The notes below the pieces were generated by a model. The model was not told where the DNA came from, did no database searches, and saw only the letters and a program-made list of their open reading frames with translations. From a virus (Duplodnaviria; Caudoviricetes): DNA of 32,100 bases. The stretch is taken from positions 1-32,100 of IMG/VR virus record IMGVR_UViG_3300017911_000749; one strand, 5' to 3'. This document shows, in pieces, positions 7,598 through 18,261 of the stretch (its first letter is position 1; each line of letters opens with the position of its first letter). The position numbers and the translations under genes are program-made.

Positions 7598-9502
7598 TTA
7601 ATCTTTATTGTCCGATGTTATACCACGTAATCCTTTAAATAAAGTATCGTAGAATGGTTTTGTCAATTTGTATGTAATAGAATATTTATCATCTATCTTT
7701 CCGAAGTTATCAAAGAAATCTACATCTTTATCTATAGCTTTAGTTGCAGCATTAGCCACATCTGCCGCTAATACTAAGGTTTCATAGAACGCTAAAGCTG
7801 CTGCTGCTGGTCCAGTAACAGAAGCTGCACCGTACTTTGTACCTAATTTAGCTAAACCTTTTTCTATAACTTCTTGACCTACGTCTAACTTACTAAGATT
7901 ATTTAACACTTTAGATGCAAATTTAGGTTTAGTTTTAGTAATCTCATCTGCTTTTTTAATAGCTTCTTGTCCATGTGTATTGATAAATAAGTTTCTAGCT
8001 TGCTGTAATGTAGGCTTTTTAGCTACTGGTTCTGCTTCTGGCAGCTCTACAGTTAATCTAAAGTTCTGATTATCTAGTGGTTTATCTACTAAAGCATTTA
8101 CTAACTTTGTTACATCTTCATCTGTTGTGCCTGGAGCTTTCCACATTTCTAGTGTGTCGCTTGTATCAACTAAGTTAATTACAGATAAAGGAACTAAACC
8201 ACCTTTTCTTTTACTATATACCAGCATATCAACACCTACTTTGTTTGCTATAGATGCAATGTTTGCAGCTGGTGTCATATGGAATCTACCTACTTTGTTA
8301 AGTGATATATCTGGTGCTTTTAATAATGTTGCATCGTCTGCAAACTCCATTGGTATTTGTCTTAAAACACCGTCTGGTAAAACTTTAGGTTCATAACCAA
8401 CATCAAATTTTTTATCCATATATTCATTGACTGGTATGTTTGCAGCATAATCATACTTTTGTGGTAAAAATATTTTTTTTTTTTTTTCATCTCGTACTAC
8501 TGTACTTAGTGTTCTCATATAATCACCCATAGCAAAGATTGCACGTTCTTCTTTTTTTTTTTTTTTTTGATTTATTCTCCAGAAAAAATCTGCATCTCTC
8601 TTTAAATATGAGTTATATCTTGTGTTTAAAAACTCTTTCATATTGTCTTGCATAGATTTCAAGGTATTCATAGTCATAGTTTTATTTCTAGTAACTGGTA
8701 TATTTTCTAAATCTTCTATGTTTCTAAATCCAGGTTTTACTTCTTGTGTTAGTTTGTCTATTGCTGCTATTTGTTCTTTAGGTAAATTTGTTAAGACGTT
8801 TAATATATCTGTATAAAGTGCAGTTTCAACTACAACACCTCTAGTTATTGTTCCTACTTTTGCCCAGGTCATATGTCCTATAAGTGTCCTACCTATATCA
8901 AACACTTGCTGCTGCGCACCTACAATATTTGAAAACTTACCATCTTGTAATTGTTTAGCAATATCTAATGGAGTTGCATTAGGCTGCTTAGATAGTTTTT
9001 TTAACTCATCTATAGATTGGTCTATAGCGTTAGTTAATCCACCATTAGCTTGTTCAAATAAACTTAATCCATGAGCATCTACACCAGAATCAGCTATTCT
9101 CCTTACAGTTCCAGATATATCTTCTTCTAGTTCTATTAAGTTTGTTAAGGCTTTTCCTATGTTTTTTTCTGCATCTAGTGGATTTTTTTCTACAAAGATA
9201 TCTGTTAAAAAATCTTCTGTTCTTTCCGCTACATCAAAATGTGTATTACCTAATACTCCAATACCGCCTAATAAATCATCTATAATCTTTTTATCAAACT
9301 CTTGCGGATTTATTTTTAGAAAAGAAACTAAGTCATCATAAATATTTAATAACTGTTTTAAATCTTTTATCTCATAATTGTTTTTATAGATAATACCAGG
9401 GTCATAGTTACGTAAATAATCAATAGACCTTCTTGATATGTCTAGTGGTAATGTTACTGCTGTAGCGGCAGCAGCAGTCGTAACTATATCCTCTTCTTCC
9501 AT
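7598..9502 (-). CDS. Hypothetical 634-aa protein, probably virion-injected, with two poly-Lys tracts
   Basis: Long ORF among putative ejection genes; no family recognised confidently. Confidence 0.55.
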   Translation of the reverse strand: MEEEDIVTTAAAATAVTLPLDISRRSIDYLRNYDPGIIYKNNYEIKDLKQLLNIYDDLVSFLKINPQEFDKKIIDDLLGGIGVLGNTHFDVAERTEDFLTDIFVEKNPLDAEKNIGKALTNLIELEEDISGTVRRIADSGVDAHGLSLFEQANGGLTNAIDQSIDELKKLSKQPNATPLDIAKQLQDGKFSNIVGAQQQVFDIGRTLIGHMTWAKVGTITRGVVVETALYTDILNVLTNLPKEQIAAIDKLTQEVKPGFRNIEDLENIPVTRNKTMTMNTLKSMQDNMKEFLNTRYNSYLKRDADFFWRINQKKKKKEERAIFAMGDYMRTLSTVVRDEKKKKIFLPQKYDYAANIPVNEYMDKKFDVGYEPKVLPDGVLRQIPMEFADDATLLKAPDISLNKVGRFHMTPAANIASIANKVGVDMLVYSKRKGGLVPLSVINLVDTSDTLEMWKAPGTTDEDVTKLVNALVDKPLDNQNFRLTVELPEAEPVAKKPTLQQARNLFINTHGQEAIKKADEITKTKPKFASKVLNNLSKLDVGQEVIEKGLAKLGTKYGAASVTGPAAAALAFYETLVLAADVANAATKAIDKDVDFFDNFGKIDDKYSITYKLTKPFYDTLFKGLRGITSDNKD

Positions 9503-9504
9503 AG

Positions 9505-9594
9505 CTACGTTTTACTTGTAAATATCTTTTTATATCTGTTTCTTTTAGCTGCGTGGTTTAAAAAATATAATCTTTTTTGTTCTGCATTGGTCAT
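9505..9594 (-). CDS. Possible small basic peptide (29 aa)
   Basis: MTNAEQKRLYFLNHAAKRNRYKKIFTSKT fills the gap between two genes; weak RBS. Confidence 0.4.
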   Translation of the reverse strand: MTNAEQKRLYFLNHAAKRNRYKKIFTSKT

Positions 9595-9608
9595 CTGTTC
9601 TATGGGTT

Positions 9609-10322
9609 TCATTCTATTGCATCCAATACATCTTGCATTGTTATAGATTCATCTCTATTAACTTGTGTCTTAACTTGTGTTACGTTTTCACTTCCAGCTT
9701 GCTGTGGAACTTGTGCTTCAAAATCTAAGTTTCTAGGTACTAATGCAGATATCAACTGTGCAGCATATTGTTCTGCTGGATTAACAGTTGGTCCTAAATT
9801 ATCTTGTTCCATCTGTACATTAGGTTCTATAGTTTGTTGTTCTGATTGTTGTATGTAACTTTCAACTGTTGGATTAGAAGCTGTCTCTAAATTATCTTCA
9901 TATTTACCTAATACACTATTAACATACTCCTGGACATTAGGTCCAAATCCTTCTATGTTTCCTATATCACCAACAGAATCTATACCTAACTCTTTAGCCT
10001 TCTTAGCTCTAGCTGGTCCAGCATACCAAGCAACTGCTACTAAGTCCCAAGAACCATATGTGTTGTAATATTCTGTGAACTTATATGCAGCTACGATATC
10101 TTGCATCTCTGGTACTTTCCAATTAGCACCAGCATATCCAGCTTCTTCTGCCCACTTATCCCAGTTAATATCTAAGATACCGTAAGCACCTAATGCTTGA
10201 ACTTGTACTGGTTGTCCATCATAACCAATAATTGTTGTAGGCTTATGCTTTAGCTGATAGTTACCACCAGCATTCTCTTGCTCTCTAATTGATTCCATAA
10301 AAGCGATTAATTCTTGTGACAT
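9609..10322 (-). CDS. Virion-associated lysozyme-fold / lytic transglycosylase-like protein
   Basis: IREQENAGGNY (putative catalytic Glu), ALGAYGI, QDIVA..KFTEYYNTYGSW...AWYAGP. Start set at ATG 10322 just after the upstream stop. Confidence 0.7.
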   Translation of the reverse strand: MSQELIAFMESIREQENAGGNYQLKHKPTTIIGYDGQPVQVQALGAYGILDINWDKWAEEAGYAGANWKVPEMQDIVAAYKFTEYYNTYGSWDLVAVAWYAGPARAKKAKELGIDSVGDIGNIEGFGPNVQEYVNSVLGKYEDNLETASNPTVESYIQQSEQQTIEPNVQMEQDNLGPTVNPAEQYAAQLISALVPRNLDFEAQVPQQAGSENVTQVKTQVNRDESITMQDVLDAIE

Positions 10323-10323
10323 A

Positions 10324-11346
10324 TTATGCTGGTCTCCCACTGATGGCATTAAGAATAACAGACCTAGTATTGCGTGCAGAATAATTTTCTCCTAACCTAG
10401 CTTTTTCATTTACTAAGAGTTCATCTATGTTCTCTCTCATTCTACTCGTAGGGTCTATCTGTGTAAGACCTTGGTCACTTATTGCTTGCTGTACATTGTC
10501 AGCAGCATAATTACCATATTGTCCTGCGAGTAAATCTTCACCAGTAAATGCTGGTTGTGCTTGTGCTATCTGTCCTAATTCTTTTGATTGATTGTATGCA
10601 GCTTCAGAATCTTTATATAACTGGTTAGCAAGTAGTTTTAATTCATATGGAGAAGGGTCTCTGTTAACTTCTCTTGCGTAGTATGACTTAATTGCTTGTG
10701 CATTCGTTGCTGGGTCTTGTGGTAAAAACACGTCATCATCTGGTATTGTTGGTACTGGATTAGCTACAAATTCTTTTAATGTACTTCTCCAGGCAGCACC
10801 ATTCTGCTTTTCTGCTTCTGTAACACCAGCTCTATTAGCTCTAGCCAATACAAAAGTAAATGCTTGTTGTGTTGGTCCATCCCATTCTCCAGGTAAAAAT
10901 CCAGCACCTACGTTTAATAACTTAGCATTTATTAAATCTGCTTGTATTCCAGCAATCTGTTCTTCTTCTAAACCAGCAAATAAATTTACTAAATCTGATT
11001 CTGTATAAAAATCTGTAGCAGATTCTCTTGGTGGAATGTAATTAGCTGGTACTCCTAATAATGCTTCGGCACCACCATACAATCCAAACTGCTCACCAGC
11101 TGCTGCTAGTGCTGCATCATCTGCACCTATAGTTGTAATATCTGTACCAGATGTAGCAAAATCTACTATATATTCTGGTATCCCGTATGCAATTAAATAT
11201 TTAGCTGCTTCATCTACATTATTAGAACCGAGTATTTCTATTCTTTGGTCAGTTGTAATACCTATCTTATTCTGTCCTAGCGTAGCGCTATCATTGACTT
11301 GGAGTATTATCGTTTGTACTCTGTCTAAAAATTCATCAACTGTCAT
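10324..11346 (-). CDS. Putative internal virion protein with peptidoglycan-binding-like motif (340 aa)
   Basis: IQADLINAKLL...PGEWDGPTQQAF resembles a PG_binding_1-type helix-loop-helix; adjacent to transglycosylase. Confidence 0.5.
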   Translation of the reverse strand: MTVDEFLDRVQTIILQVNDSATLGQNKIGITTDQRIEILGSNNVDEAAKYLIAYGIPEYIVDFATSGTDITTIGADDAALAAAGEQFGLYGGAEALLGVPANYIPPRESATDFYTESDLVNLFAGLEEEQIAGIQADLINAKLLNVGAGFLPGEWDGPTQQAFTFVLARANRAGVTEAEKQNGAAWRSTLKEFVANPVPTIPDDDVFLPQDPATNAQAIKSYYAREVNRDPSPYELKLLANQLYKDSEAAYNQSKELGQIAQAQPAFTGEDLLAGQYGNYAADNVQQAISDQGLTQIDPTSRMRENIDELLVNEKARLGENYSARNTRSVILNAISGRPA

Positions 11347-14300
11347 ATATTCCTTTTAATAATTCTATATCTTCTTCCGCAGCTTGTAACTCTCTTTCAA
11401 AGATTTCTTTAGCTAGCGGTGCAAACTCTGGGTTAGTAACCAGTATAGCTTTCATTTTATCTCTTAATGCATTTCTATATGGTGCTAGTGCGTTAGCTTG
11501 TCTAAATGAGGTTTCCTTATAACCTAAATTTTTTGTTTCAGCAATAACTCTGTCTCTAAATTGTAAGTAATCTTTTAGACCTTCTGCTGCTGGATTGCCT
11601 ACTAATGGTGATTCTAATGCGTATGTAACTGGATTAATCCAAGTATATAGCTCATCAATTAAATCATCTATCTCTGGTTTTGTAGGTATATAATCTATGC
11701 TTCTACCATATCCAGGGTATCTCATAGCTATCTCTGCTTTTTTATTTAACTTAGCTTGATTAGATACATTGTCATTTTTAGTAAGTAATCCATTCTTCTT
11801 TAAAAAGTTTTCATATTCTATATTTCCTAACAAGATATTCTTTGCCTGGACCCATTGCTCTGGTGTTCTTGGTACTCTATCACCACTCAATAACTGGTTA
11901 TAGTATTGTTCGTACATAAACTCTGAATCAGTTTCATCTATTAAGAATGCATATGTTAGATTGAATTTCTCTACTAACTCTGGATTAGCTCTTTCCCATG
12001 CAGCACCATCTTCTGTTACTGGTCTTTTTCTAACTGTAGATGTTCTACTTGTAGCTATAGCAACTGGGTCAAAACCAAATCTATCTGTAAATACTTTTAC
12101 TGCAGTAGAACTATCTTGTACAGAGTTAGATATATTTCTATACTCTTCTGCTAATGTCTCAAACAAGTAAAACTGTCCAGTATCGTCTGATATTTCATAC
12201 TTAGGACTTACAATTCCCGATGGACCTAATGCTTGTGAGATGCTTCTAATAATAAATATTTTTCTTGCATAATCACCAGCAAGTTCAATACCAGCATTTA
12301 CACCTTCTGGAGTACTGTCATCAATCTGTCCAGCATATATCAATGCTTTGTAAACATCTATCTGTGTATTAGCAAACTGTCTTTTAGCGTCAGCTCCTCC
12401 TACTTCAAAAGCTGTTCCTAATTTCTTTAACCACGATGGTGCTGGAGTAATAGAACTTAATATTTCTGAAGCTGAACCTACTCTAGGAGGTGAAAAATCA
12501 CCAAACAATAATTGTTCTTCCCATTTACCAGGACGAAATACATTAAAGTATTTATTTATTATTGCAGCTGGAACTGTAATAGTTGGACCAAAACCAGGAA
12601 CTATATTGCCAGCTATGTTTAATGACGATGCAAATACTGGTAGATTTACTTTGACACCATTTTCTTCTAAGTCTTTAAACATAAACTTCTTAAGTAAACC
12701 TTCACCTGGATAACCAAATAATTCTTCTCCAGTATTAGGGTCTTTGTAAAAGAATCCTTTTTGTCCTTCGTCATCAAATATTGGGTTAGGTTCTTTTGCA
12801 GATTGTACAACTTGTTGCACTCTTCTAAGTGGTCGTCCACCTTCGTTCTTAACTAATCTACCCCAAGTTGTAAATATTTCTAAGTATGCTTCACCGAATG
12901 GAAACAATGCTCTTGTTGCATTACCTAATCTTGTTTTAGTAGTTACATCATATAACAACTTTTGTGTCTCTGATAGTGCATGTGCAGAGGAAACTTTATC
13001 TATAATCTTTATGTCATTTATTCCACCAGTAACACCTTTATAAGATTTAAGCTGCTTTAATATTTTTTGTTCTCTCTTAGTTCCAGTAGCTAAACCAGCT
13101 TCTTCAGCTTGCTTTACAACTTGCTTTAATGTTTTAGCGTTTAAATGCTGCGCAAAGTCTGATACCTTATTCCAATAATGAAACTTAAATGCTGGCGCTC
13201 TAGATAGTTTTCTAGTAGGTACAGTCATAAGCTGGTCAAACATTGTATCTACAAAGTCATCTAGTATTCTCGTTTGTTTTGATATAGAGTTCTTTAACTC
13301 ACCTCTAGCTTGTTCTGGTAAAACCTTAGTATATTTTTTAACAAAATCTTTTTTTAACTTATCTTGATTTTTTCTTAGCTGTGTAGTTATTGATGTGTAT
13401 TCTTCTGGGTCTAACTCACCAGCCCAATACTTTTTCAAATCTACATTTTCTAATCCTACTAACTCTTCAGCAGACATCTTTTCATCTGCTAATGCTTTTA
13501 ATAAATCTTCATTACCATTTTCATCAATCCAGTTTCTAGCTAATCTAGGCGCACCAGCTGGTGTAGTAGTAAATACTTTACCACCAGTAGATTGTGCTAA
13601 CGCAGCATTGACATAATGTACAAACTCTTCTGCTTTAGCTGCTCCTGGTCCGCTATTAAAACCAGCACCGTTAAATGAATGTCCTTTAGAACCAGTAACT
13701 TTTCTTATGTGTTTATTAAGTGCATTACCTTGTGTTTGTGATTCTTTTATAATTGCAGCTAACATTTTTTTTCTTTTACTTGGAATTGTTTCTAACTGAA
13801 CTTCAGCAAGCCTTCTAGATAATGGGTCAAACTTGTGCTGCATAAAGTTTCTAAAGGTAGCTTCTCCCCATGCTCTTTTGTTTTCAGAACGTGTAACTGT
13901 AGTAAACTCACCACTCTTACCCCATCCTTTACGCATAACAGTAGGGTTAACTGTTGCTTCTAAAAACTGTGCATTATCTTCAAATGTACCCATTAAGGTA
14001 TTAGCTGATTCTCTTTCTTTACCTATAGCTCTAGCAATAAAATCTGCTGGATGTGATATAACATTTGTTACACCAGATGTAGCTAACCTTAATTGTTCTT
14101 CTGCTATAACTCTTACTGTCCAGGCAGGTCTTAATAGCACTAATGGTTTAAACAATGAACCGTAATACCAATCTAAAAATCTACGTGCGCTTTGTGACGA
14201 ACCTCCCATAAATATCTTAGAACCTATAGCACCAAAACTTTTATCTAGTGTTTTAGCAGCTCTAACCATATCTAGTGGATTAGGTAATACTATTTCATCT

Positions 14301-15994
14301 GCAAGTTGTGTAGCTGTTAACGGGTCTAACAATTCTTCTACATTATTTAATTTACCACCTTGCAACTTTGCTAAGGTTTGTGTAATTGGTAAGTTTTTAC
14401 CTTCTGAATCTATACCGAAACTTTTTAATATACCTTTTTGTTTTTGTGCGTTACCTACGAATGCTGCTTGTACTTCTAATCCTTTATCTATTAAGTCTGC
14501 TTGAAACTGTGTAAGTTTCTCTCTACCACCTAATGCTTTTGTAACTTGTTGTTTCATACCTTTACCAGGTGCAGATAAGAACTTAACTAATAAATTAGCT
14601 GTTGCTGTTGGTGAATCTGCAGCATTAAGTGCTTTTATAGAGTCACTAATAAAATCATTTCTTACTTTTGTTCTAGTTGCTTCATCTAAAGAAGTAGTAG
14701 ATAAACGTATAAACCTATTTAGTTTTACTAATGCATCATCTTGATTTTTTGTAACTAACCTTGTACCGTATGTTCTCTCTAACATTCCAGTTAAGTTATT
14801 ACCTTTTGACTTTATTGTTGGTACTACATTCTTTGTTGATTCAATTAATAAGTTTTTCTTAATAAGGTTTTCTGTAAGGTCAGCATCTATTTCTTCAAAT
14901 GTCTTACCTTTGTTTTTTATTTTAAATTTTTCTAACTCATCATAAAACTTTACATTGTCAATATTATTTTTAGATGTAGCCATTATGTCTGTTGTTGAGT
15001 TTTCCCATAAATATTTTTTAAATCCTACACCAGCTTTACCAGATAAAAACTCCTGGACAGTAGGGCCAAATACAGTTTTTCTAGCACCAGACAGCAAACC
15101 AGTATTCTCAAATACTTTAGCTAAACCAGTTAAGTTTTCTAATTCACTAAATGTACCTCTAGCTTTTTGTGCTTTACTTATTCCAAATCCTAAAACAGAT
15201 ATTGGGTCTAAAAATATCTGTGCAATAATATCTATCGTTCCAGTCATATACTTGTAAGCAGCTGTACCAGGCTCTATAATTTCATCTACTGGTTTAAATA
15301 AATACCTACCAACTGTAACAGTAGGGTCTAAACCAGCTTCTTTAAATCTCTCTGCTCTCTCACCAACAAATTGTATTTGATTAGCTTTTTTCTTTTGTTC
15401 TTCATAAATACTTACACCTAATACATTATCTCTAACAAACTCTCTAGCTGTAAGTGGGTCAACACCAGCTGCTAATAAATTTTTATATTCTGGTGTAGTT
15501 GTTGGGTCTGTAGTTCCTAAAAACCATCCTTGACCCAAATCTACGTCTTGTCCAGCAGCTTTAGCAGAGTCTATCTCACCAAGTAGCGTAGCCTTACTTT
15601 TATCTCTAGCTTCTTCGTGAGACATACCTTGTTGTCTGCCTTCTAAATATCTAACACCTCTAGGTGCTGCTGATTCCCATAAGTTTTGAAAACCTATAAA
15701 TGCACCTCTAGTTGCTTTTCTTACAGCATCAGATAATTTACCAAAGCCTCCTTCTTCTTTTGCTATAGCTTCTTTAATAACTATCTGTTGTAATCTTGGG
15801 TCATCTGCAGCAATACCTAATTTAACTGCACCTACTAAAGAACCTTTACTTATTGACGGATATCTTGTAACAATAGCAGCAGCTCTTTTAGCTTCTTCTT
15901 CGTTTACTGGTGATGGCGCAGCTGCTTTACTTATTGCACGTTTTGTAGCTGAATCATCTTGGAACGATGCCGCATCAAAAATACTGTACGACAT
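11336..15994 (-). CDS. Large internal virion / DNA ejection protein (1552 aa)
   Basis: Size, helical composition and late-operon position; lacks tape-measure repeats and neighbouring tail tube/chaperone genes. Confidence 0.6.
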   Translation of the reverse strand: MSYSIFDAASFQDDSATKRAISKAAAPSPVNEEEAKRAAAIVTRYPSISKGSLVGAVKLGIAADDPRLQQIVIKEAIAKEEGGFGKLSDAVRKATRGAFIGFQNLWESAAPRGVRYLEGRQQGMSHEEARDKSKATLLGEIDSAKAAGQDVDLGQGWFLGTTDPTTTPEYKNLLAAGVDPLTAREFVRDNVLGVSIYEEQKKKANQIQFVGERAERFKEAGLDPTVTVGRYLFKPVDEIIEPGTAAYKYMTGTIDIIAQIFLDPISVLGFGISKAQKARGTFSELENLTGLAKVFENTGLLSGARKTVFGPTVQEFLSGKAGVGFKKYLWENSTTDIMATSKNNIDNVKFYDELEKFKIKNKGKTFEEIDADLTENLIKKNLLIESTKNVVPTIKSKGNNLTGMLERTYGTRLVTKNQDDALVKLNRFIRLSTTSLDEATRTKVRNDFISDSIKALNAADSPTATANLLVKFLSAPGKGMKQQVTKALGGREKLTQFQADLIDKGLEVQAAFVGNAQKQKGILKSFGIDSEGKNLPITQTLAKLQGGKLNNVEELLDPLTATQLADEIVLPNPLDMVRAAKTLDKSFGAIGSKIFMGGSSQSARRFLDWYYGSLFKPLVLLRPAWTVRVIAEEQLRLATSGVTNVISHPADFIARAIGKERESANTLMGTFEDNAQFLEATVNPTVMRKGWGKSGEFTTVTRSENKRAWGEATFRNFMQHKFDPLSRRLAEVQLETIPSKRKKMLAAIIKESQTQGNALNKHIRKVTGSKGHSFNGAGFNSGPGAAKAEEFVHYVNAALAQSTGGKVFTTTPAGAPRLARNWIDENGNEDLLKALADEKMSAEELVGLENVDLKKYWAGELDPEEYTSITTQLRKNQDKLKKDFVKKYTKVLPEQARGELKNSISKQTRILDDFVDTMFDQLMTVPTRKLSRAPAFKFHYWNKVSDFAQHLNAKTLKQVVKQAEEAGLATGTKREQKILKQLKSYKGVTGGINDIKIIDKVSSAHALSETQKLLYDVTTKTRLGNATRALFPFGEAYLEIFTTWGRLVKNEGGRPLRRVQQVVQSAKEPNPIFDDEGQKGFFYKDPNTGEELFGYPGEGLLKKFMFKDLEENGVKVNLPVFASSLNIAGNIVPGFGPTITVPAAIINKYFNVFRPGKWEEQLLFGDFSPPRVGSASEILSSITPAPSWLKKLGTAFEVGGADAKRQFANTQIDVYKALIYAGQIDDSTPEGVNAGIELAGDYARKIFIIRSISQALGPSGIVSPKYEISDDTGQFYLFETLAEEYRNISNSVQDSSTAVKVFTDRFGFDPVAIATSRTSTVRKRPVTEDGAAWERANPELVEKFNLTYAFLIDETDSEFMYEQYYNQLLSGDRVPRTPEQWVQAKNILLGNIEYENFLKKNGLLTKNDNVSNQAKLNKKAEIAMRYPGYGRSIDYIPTKPEIDDLIDELYTWINPVTYALESPLVGNPAAEGLKDYLQFRDRVIAETKNLGYKETSFRQANALAPYRNALRDKMKAILVTNPEFAPLAKEIFERELQAAEEDIELLKGIYDS

Positions 15995-15995
15995 G

Positions 15996-16370
15996 TTAAC
16001 CTTTTAAAATATTTGCTAAGAGTGGGTCACCAGTTAAATCAAAAAACTTTTGTATTAAGTTTTCTGTAGTTTCCATTGAGTCATCTGCACCTACTCCTGG
16101 ACCAAATGGTAATCCATCTTCTACTGGTCTCATCGGTTGGTCTGTAGTTCTAAATACACTTTGTTGTAATGCATTGTTTAATGCTTGTCCAGGTGTTTGT
16201 CCTGGTACTGGTGCAGGAGTTGGTGTAGGTTCACCTAAATTTAAATCTTGCACTTCGCTATTAAGAGCTTTAAGAGGTTCCTTCTCACCGTATGTCATTC
16301 TTGTTTGGTCTATGTAGTTATTAGATGCTGGCTTTACAGCATTATTTCTTTTAGTAATTCTCGTAGCCAT
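15996..16370 (-). CDS. Hypothetical Pro/Gln-rich protein downstream of portal
   Basis: ORF track 15996..16379; start uncertain, MATRITKR at 16370 preferred (AGGTGA upstream). Confidence 0.65.
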   Translation of the reverse strand: MATRITKRNNAVKPASNNYIDQTRMTYGEKEPLKALNSEVQDLNLGEPTPTPAPVPGQTPGQALNNALQQSVFRTTDQPMRPVEDGLPFGPGVGADDSMETTENLIQKFFDLTGDPLLANILKG

Positions 16371-16539
16371 CTTCATCACCTTCTTCTAAATTAATTATCT
16401 CTGTTACAAAATAAGTTGTAATAGTTCTAGGAAACCTTTTTAACTTTTGTATCTGTAAAAAATGTTCCATAAGAATGTCATCACCTTCTTCGTCAACATC
16501 CCATAAACTATTATCTACAATATCTTCAAACTCCATCAT
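16351..16539 (-). CDS. Small acidic hypothetical protein (62 aa)
   Basis: ATGA overlap with portal stop. Confidence 0.6.
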   Translation of the reverse strand: MMEFEDIVDNSLWDVDEEGDDILMEHFLQIQKLKRFPRTITTYFVTEIINLEEGDEDGYENY

Positions 16540-18257
16540 ACAATACCCAATGCTTGTTGAATAGAAGGAGCGGGTCCTGTGGTGGTTGGACCCTCACCTT
16601 CTAACAGGGGCTGCGTTGCTTGAACTTCTTCCTCTTCTGGAAAAAACTTATCTAAAATGTTTTGCTTATCAGATGGATTTTTTCTTATCTGTACAACTGC
16701 ACGTATAGCTTGTAAGTCACCAGTAGCAGCTCTTTGTAGTAAAGAATCTTCTAATACTTTATCCATCTTTTCTTTTGTAATTCTCTCATTGACTCTACTT
16801 AAGTCATCTAAACCATCTAAGTTTTCTTGTAGTGTCTGTGTGTCAATAACACCAGAACTAAGAAGCTGCAGCCCAGTTACAATCTTCTGCGGTTCATCGT
16901 AACCAGCCATAGCACCATACACTCTTCTTGTTTTGTAAGAACTTTGTATGTCTCTTTTTGGTTCATACGTTTCACTAAAAAATTTATTATCTCTATATCC
17001 AGATAGTTCTTTGACTTGTCCACCGTACATGTTCTCATCCCATTCAAGTCTTTTAGCATCTATCTGTTCTATAGCATCAGCCATAACGGTATGATATTCT
17101 CTAATCATAAGAGACATAGATGCGCCTAACTCTTCAAGTCCTCTACCAGTAGCAAAGCTAAGTGGTGACTGTGAATCATCAGTAGCTGGATAAGAAGCAC
17201 CAACACGTAGTTGTCTTTCTATTCTGTCTATTTGTTGAAAGATTTGATACGGTATGTTAGATGAAGGTTTAGATACTGTGCTTCCAGGAGAAAAATAGTT
17301 AACAGCAAATCTACCTTTTTTATACTGTCCAGATTCTAATTCACCAGTTATGTTAGTTTCTGTAAAGACTGCATCTTCCATCGCAATAATTGACATAACA
17401 TTAATTTTTGCCATAGAAGCCATAAGTCCTATTATCTGGTCATACTGTCCTTGCATCTGGTCAAAACTAAATTTCTTAGCTACAACAAATGATGGACCAG
17501 ATTTAATTGGGTTAGGAATAAAATCTAATATTGTAGAAGAAGTCATGTGGTAAATGTATGTACCTTCTTCGTTATAGTATTCAGATATCAAGTCACCTTC
17601 GTTATTTGAGTTTGCCCATGAACCGTTATATGCGTCCTGGTATGCAGATGCATAACCACTAGCAACATTCACTACATTCTTTTCTTTTTTAATCTTCTCT
17701 GCATATTGTGGATATATCTTAGCTAAAGAAGATTTAGGTACTCTACGTACAACAGACATCTCTTTAGGTGATTGGTCTGGACCAAAGTATCCAGGAAAAC
17801 AATTGTATGGGTCTCTTAGTTCAGCTACTGGATATGGTGTACCGTTCGCATCTTTTTTCTCTTTAATTACCCATGCAGCAAAACCATAGCCTGGTAACCA
17901 TCTACCAACTTGTGGCATTTGTAAATCTAATCTTTGTACATCATCATATGCAGTAATAATTCTTGCTATTTTATCTGCACGTTGTCTTGCACGTTCTGAA
18001 TCTTTATTGTTAGGTACATCAACTTTTAGATTAGGAATACGTCCTATCTTCTGTGCTAAGTGTTCTAAACCACTCATCATTAGGTTAGGCATTGGTACTT
18101 GCCAGTCCTGGAAACCTTTAACTTGGTCACCTAGTAAAGCTAAAATACCACTAGGTCCACCGTTCATAATAGAACGAATACGACCACGCATTGCATGATT
18201 ATCTTGATTATCGTAATGTAACTGCGTTATCTTATCTTGTAATTCACTCGTATTCAT
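16536..18257 (-). CDS. Portal protein
   Basis: 573 aa directly downstream of terminase; GYGFAAW..., RDPYNCFP and ATGRGLEEL segments fit podovirus-type portals. Confidence 0.8.
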   Translation of the reverse strand: MNTSELQDKITQLHYDNQDNHAMRGRIRSIMNGGPSGILALLGDQVKGFQDWQVPMPNLMMSGLEHLAQKIGRIPNLKVDVPNNKDSERARQRADKIARIITAYDDVQRLDLQMPQVGRWLPGYGFAAWVIKEKKDANGTPYPVAELRDPYNCFPGYFGPDQSPKEMSVVRRVPKSSLAKIYPQYAEKIKKEKNVVNVASGYASAYQDAYNGSWANSNNEGDLISEYYNEEGTYIYHMTSSTILDFIPNPIKSGPSFVVAKKFSFDQMQGQYDQIIGLMASMAKINVMSIIAMEDAVFTETNITGELESGQYKKGRFAVNYFSPGSTVSKPSSNIPYQIFQQIDRIERQLRVGASYPATDDSQSPLSFATGRGLEELGASMSLMIREYHTVMADAIEQIDAKRLEWDENMYGGQVKELSGYRDNKFFSETYEPKRDIQSSYKTRRVYGAMAGYDEPQKIVTGLQLLSSGVIDTQTLQENLDGLDDLSRVNERITKEKMDKVLEDSLLQRAATGDLQAIRAVVQIRKNPSDKQNILDKFFPEEEEVQATQPLLEGEGPTTTGPAPSIQQALGIV

Positions 18258-18261
18258 ATTC

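Noticed and set aside
8473-8568. Diversity-generating retroelement target
   Set aside because: No reverse transcriptase or template/variable repeat pair seen in the window.
11336-15994. Tape measure protein or virion RNA polymerase
   Set aside because: No tape-measure periodicity or tail tube/chaperone genes; no polymerase catalytic motif recognised.
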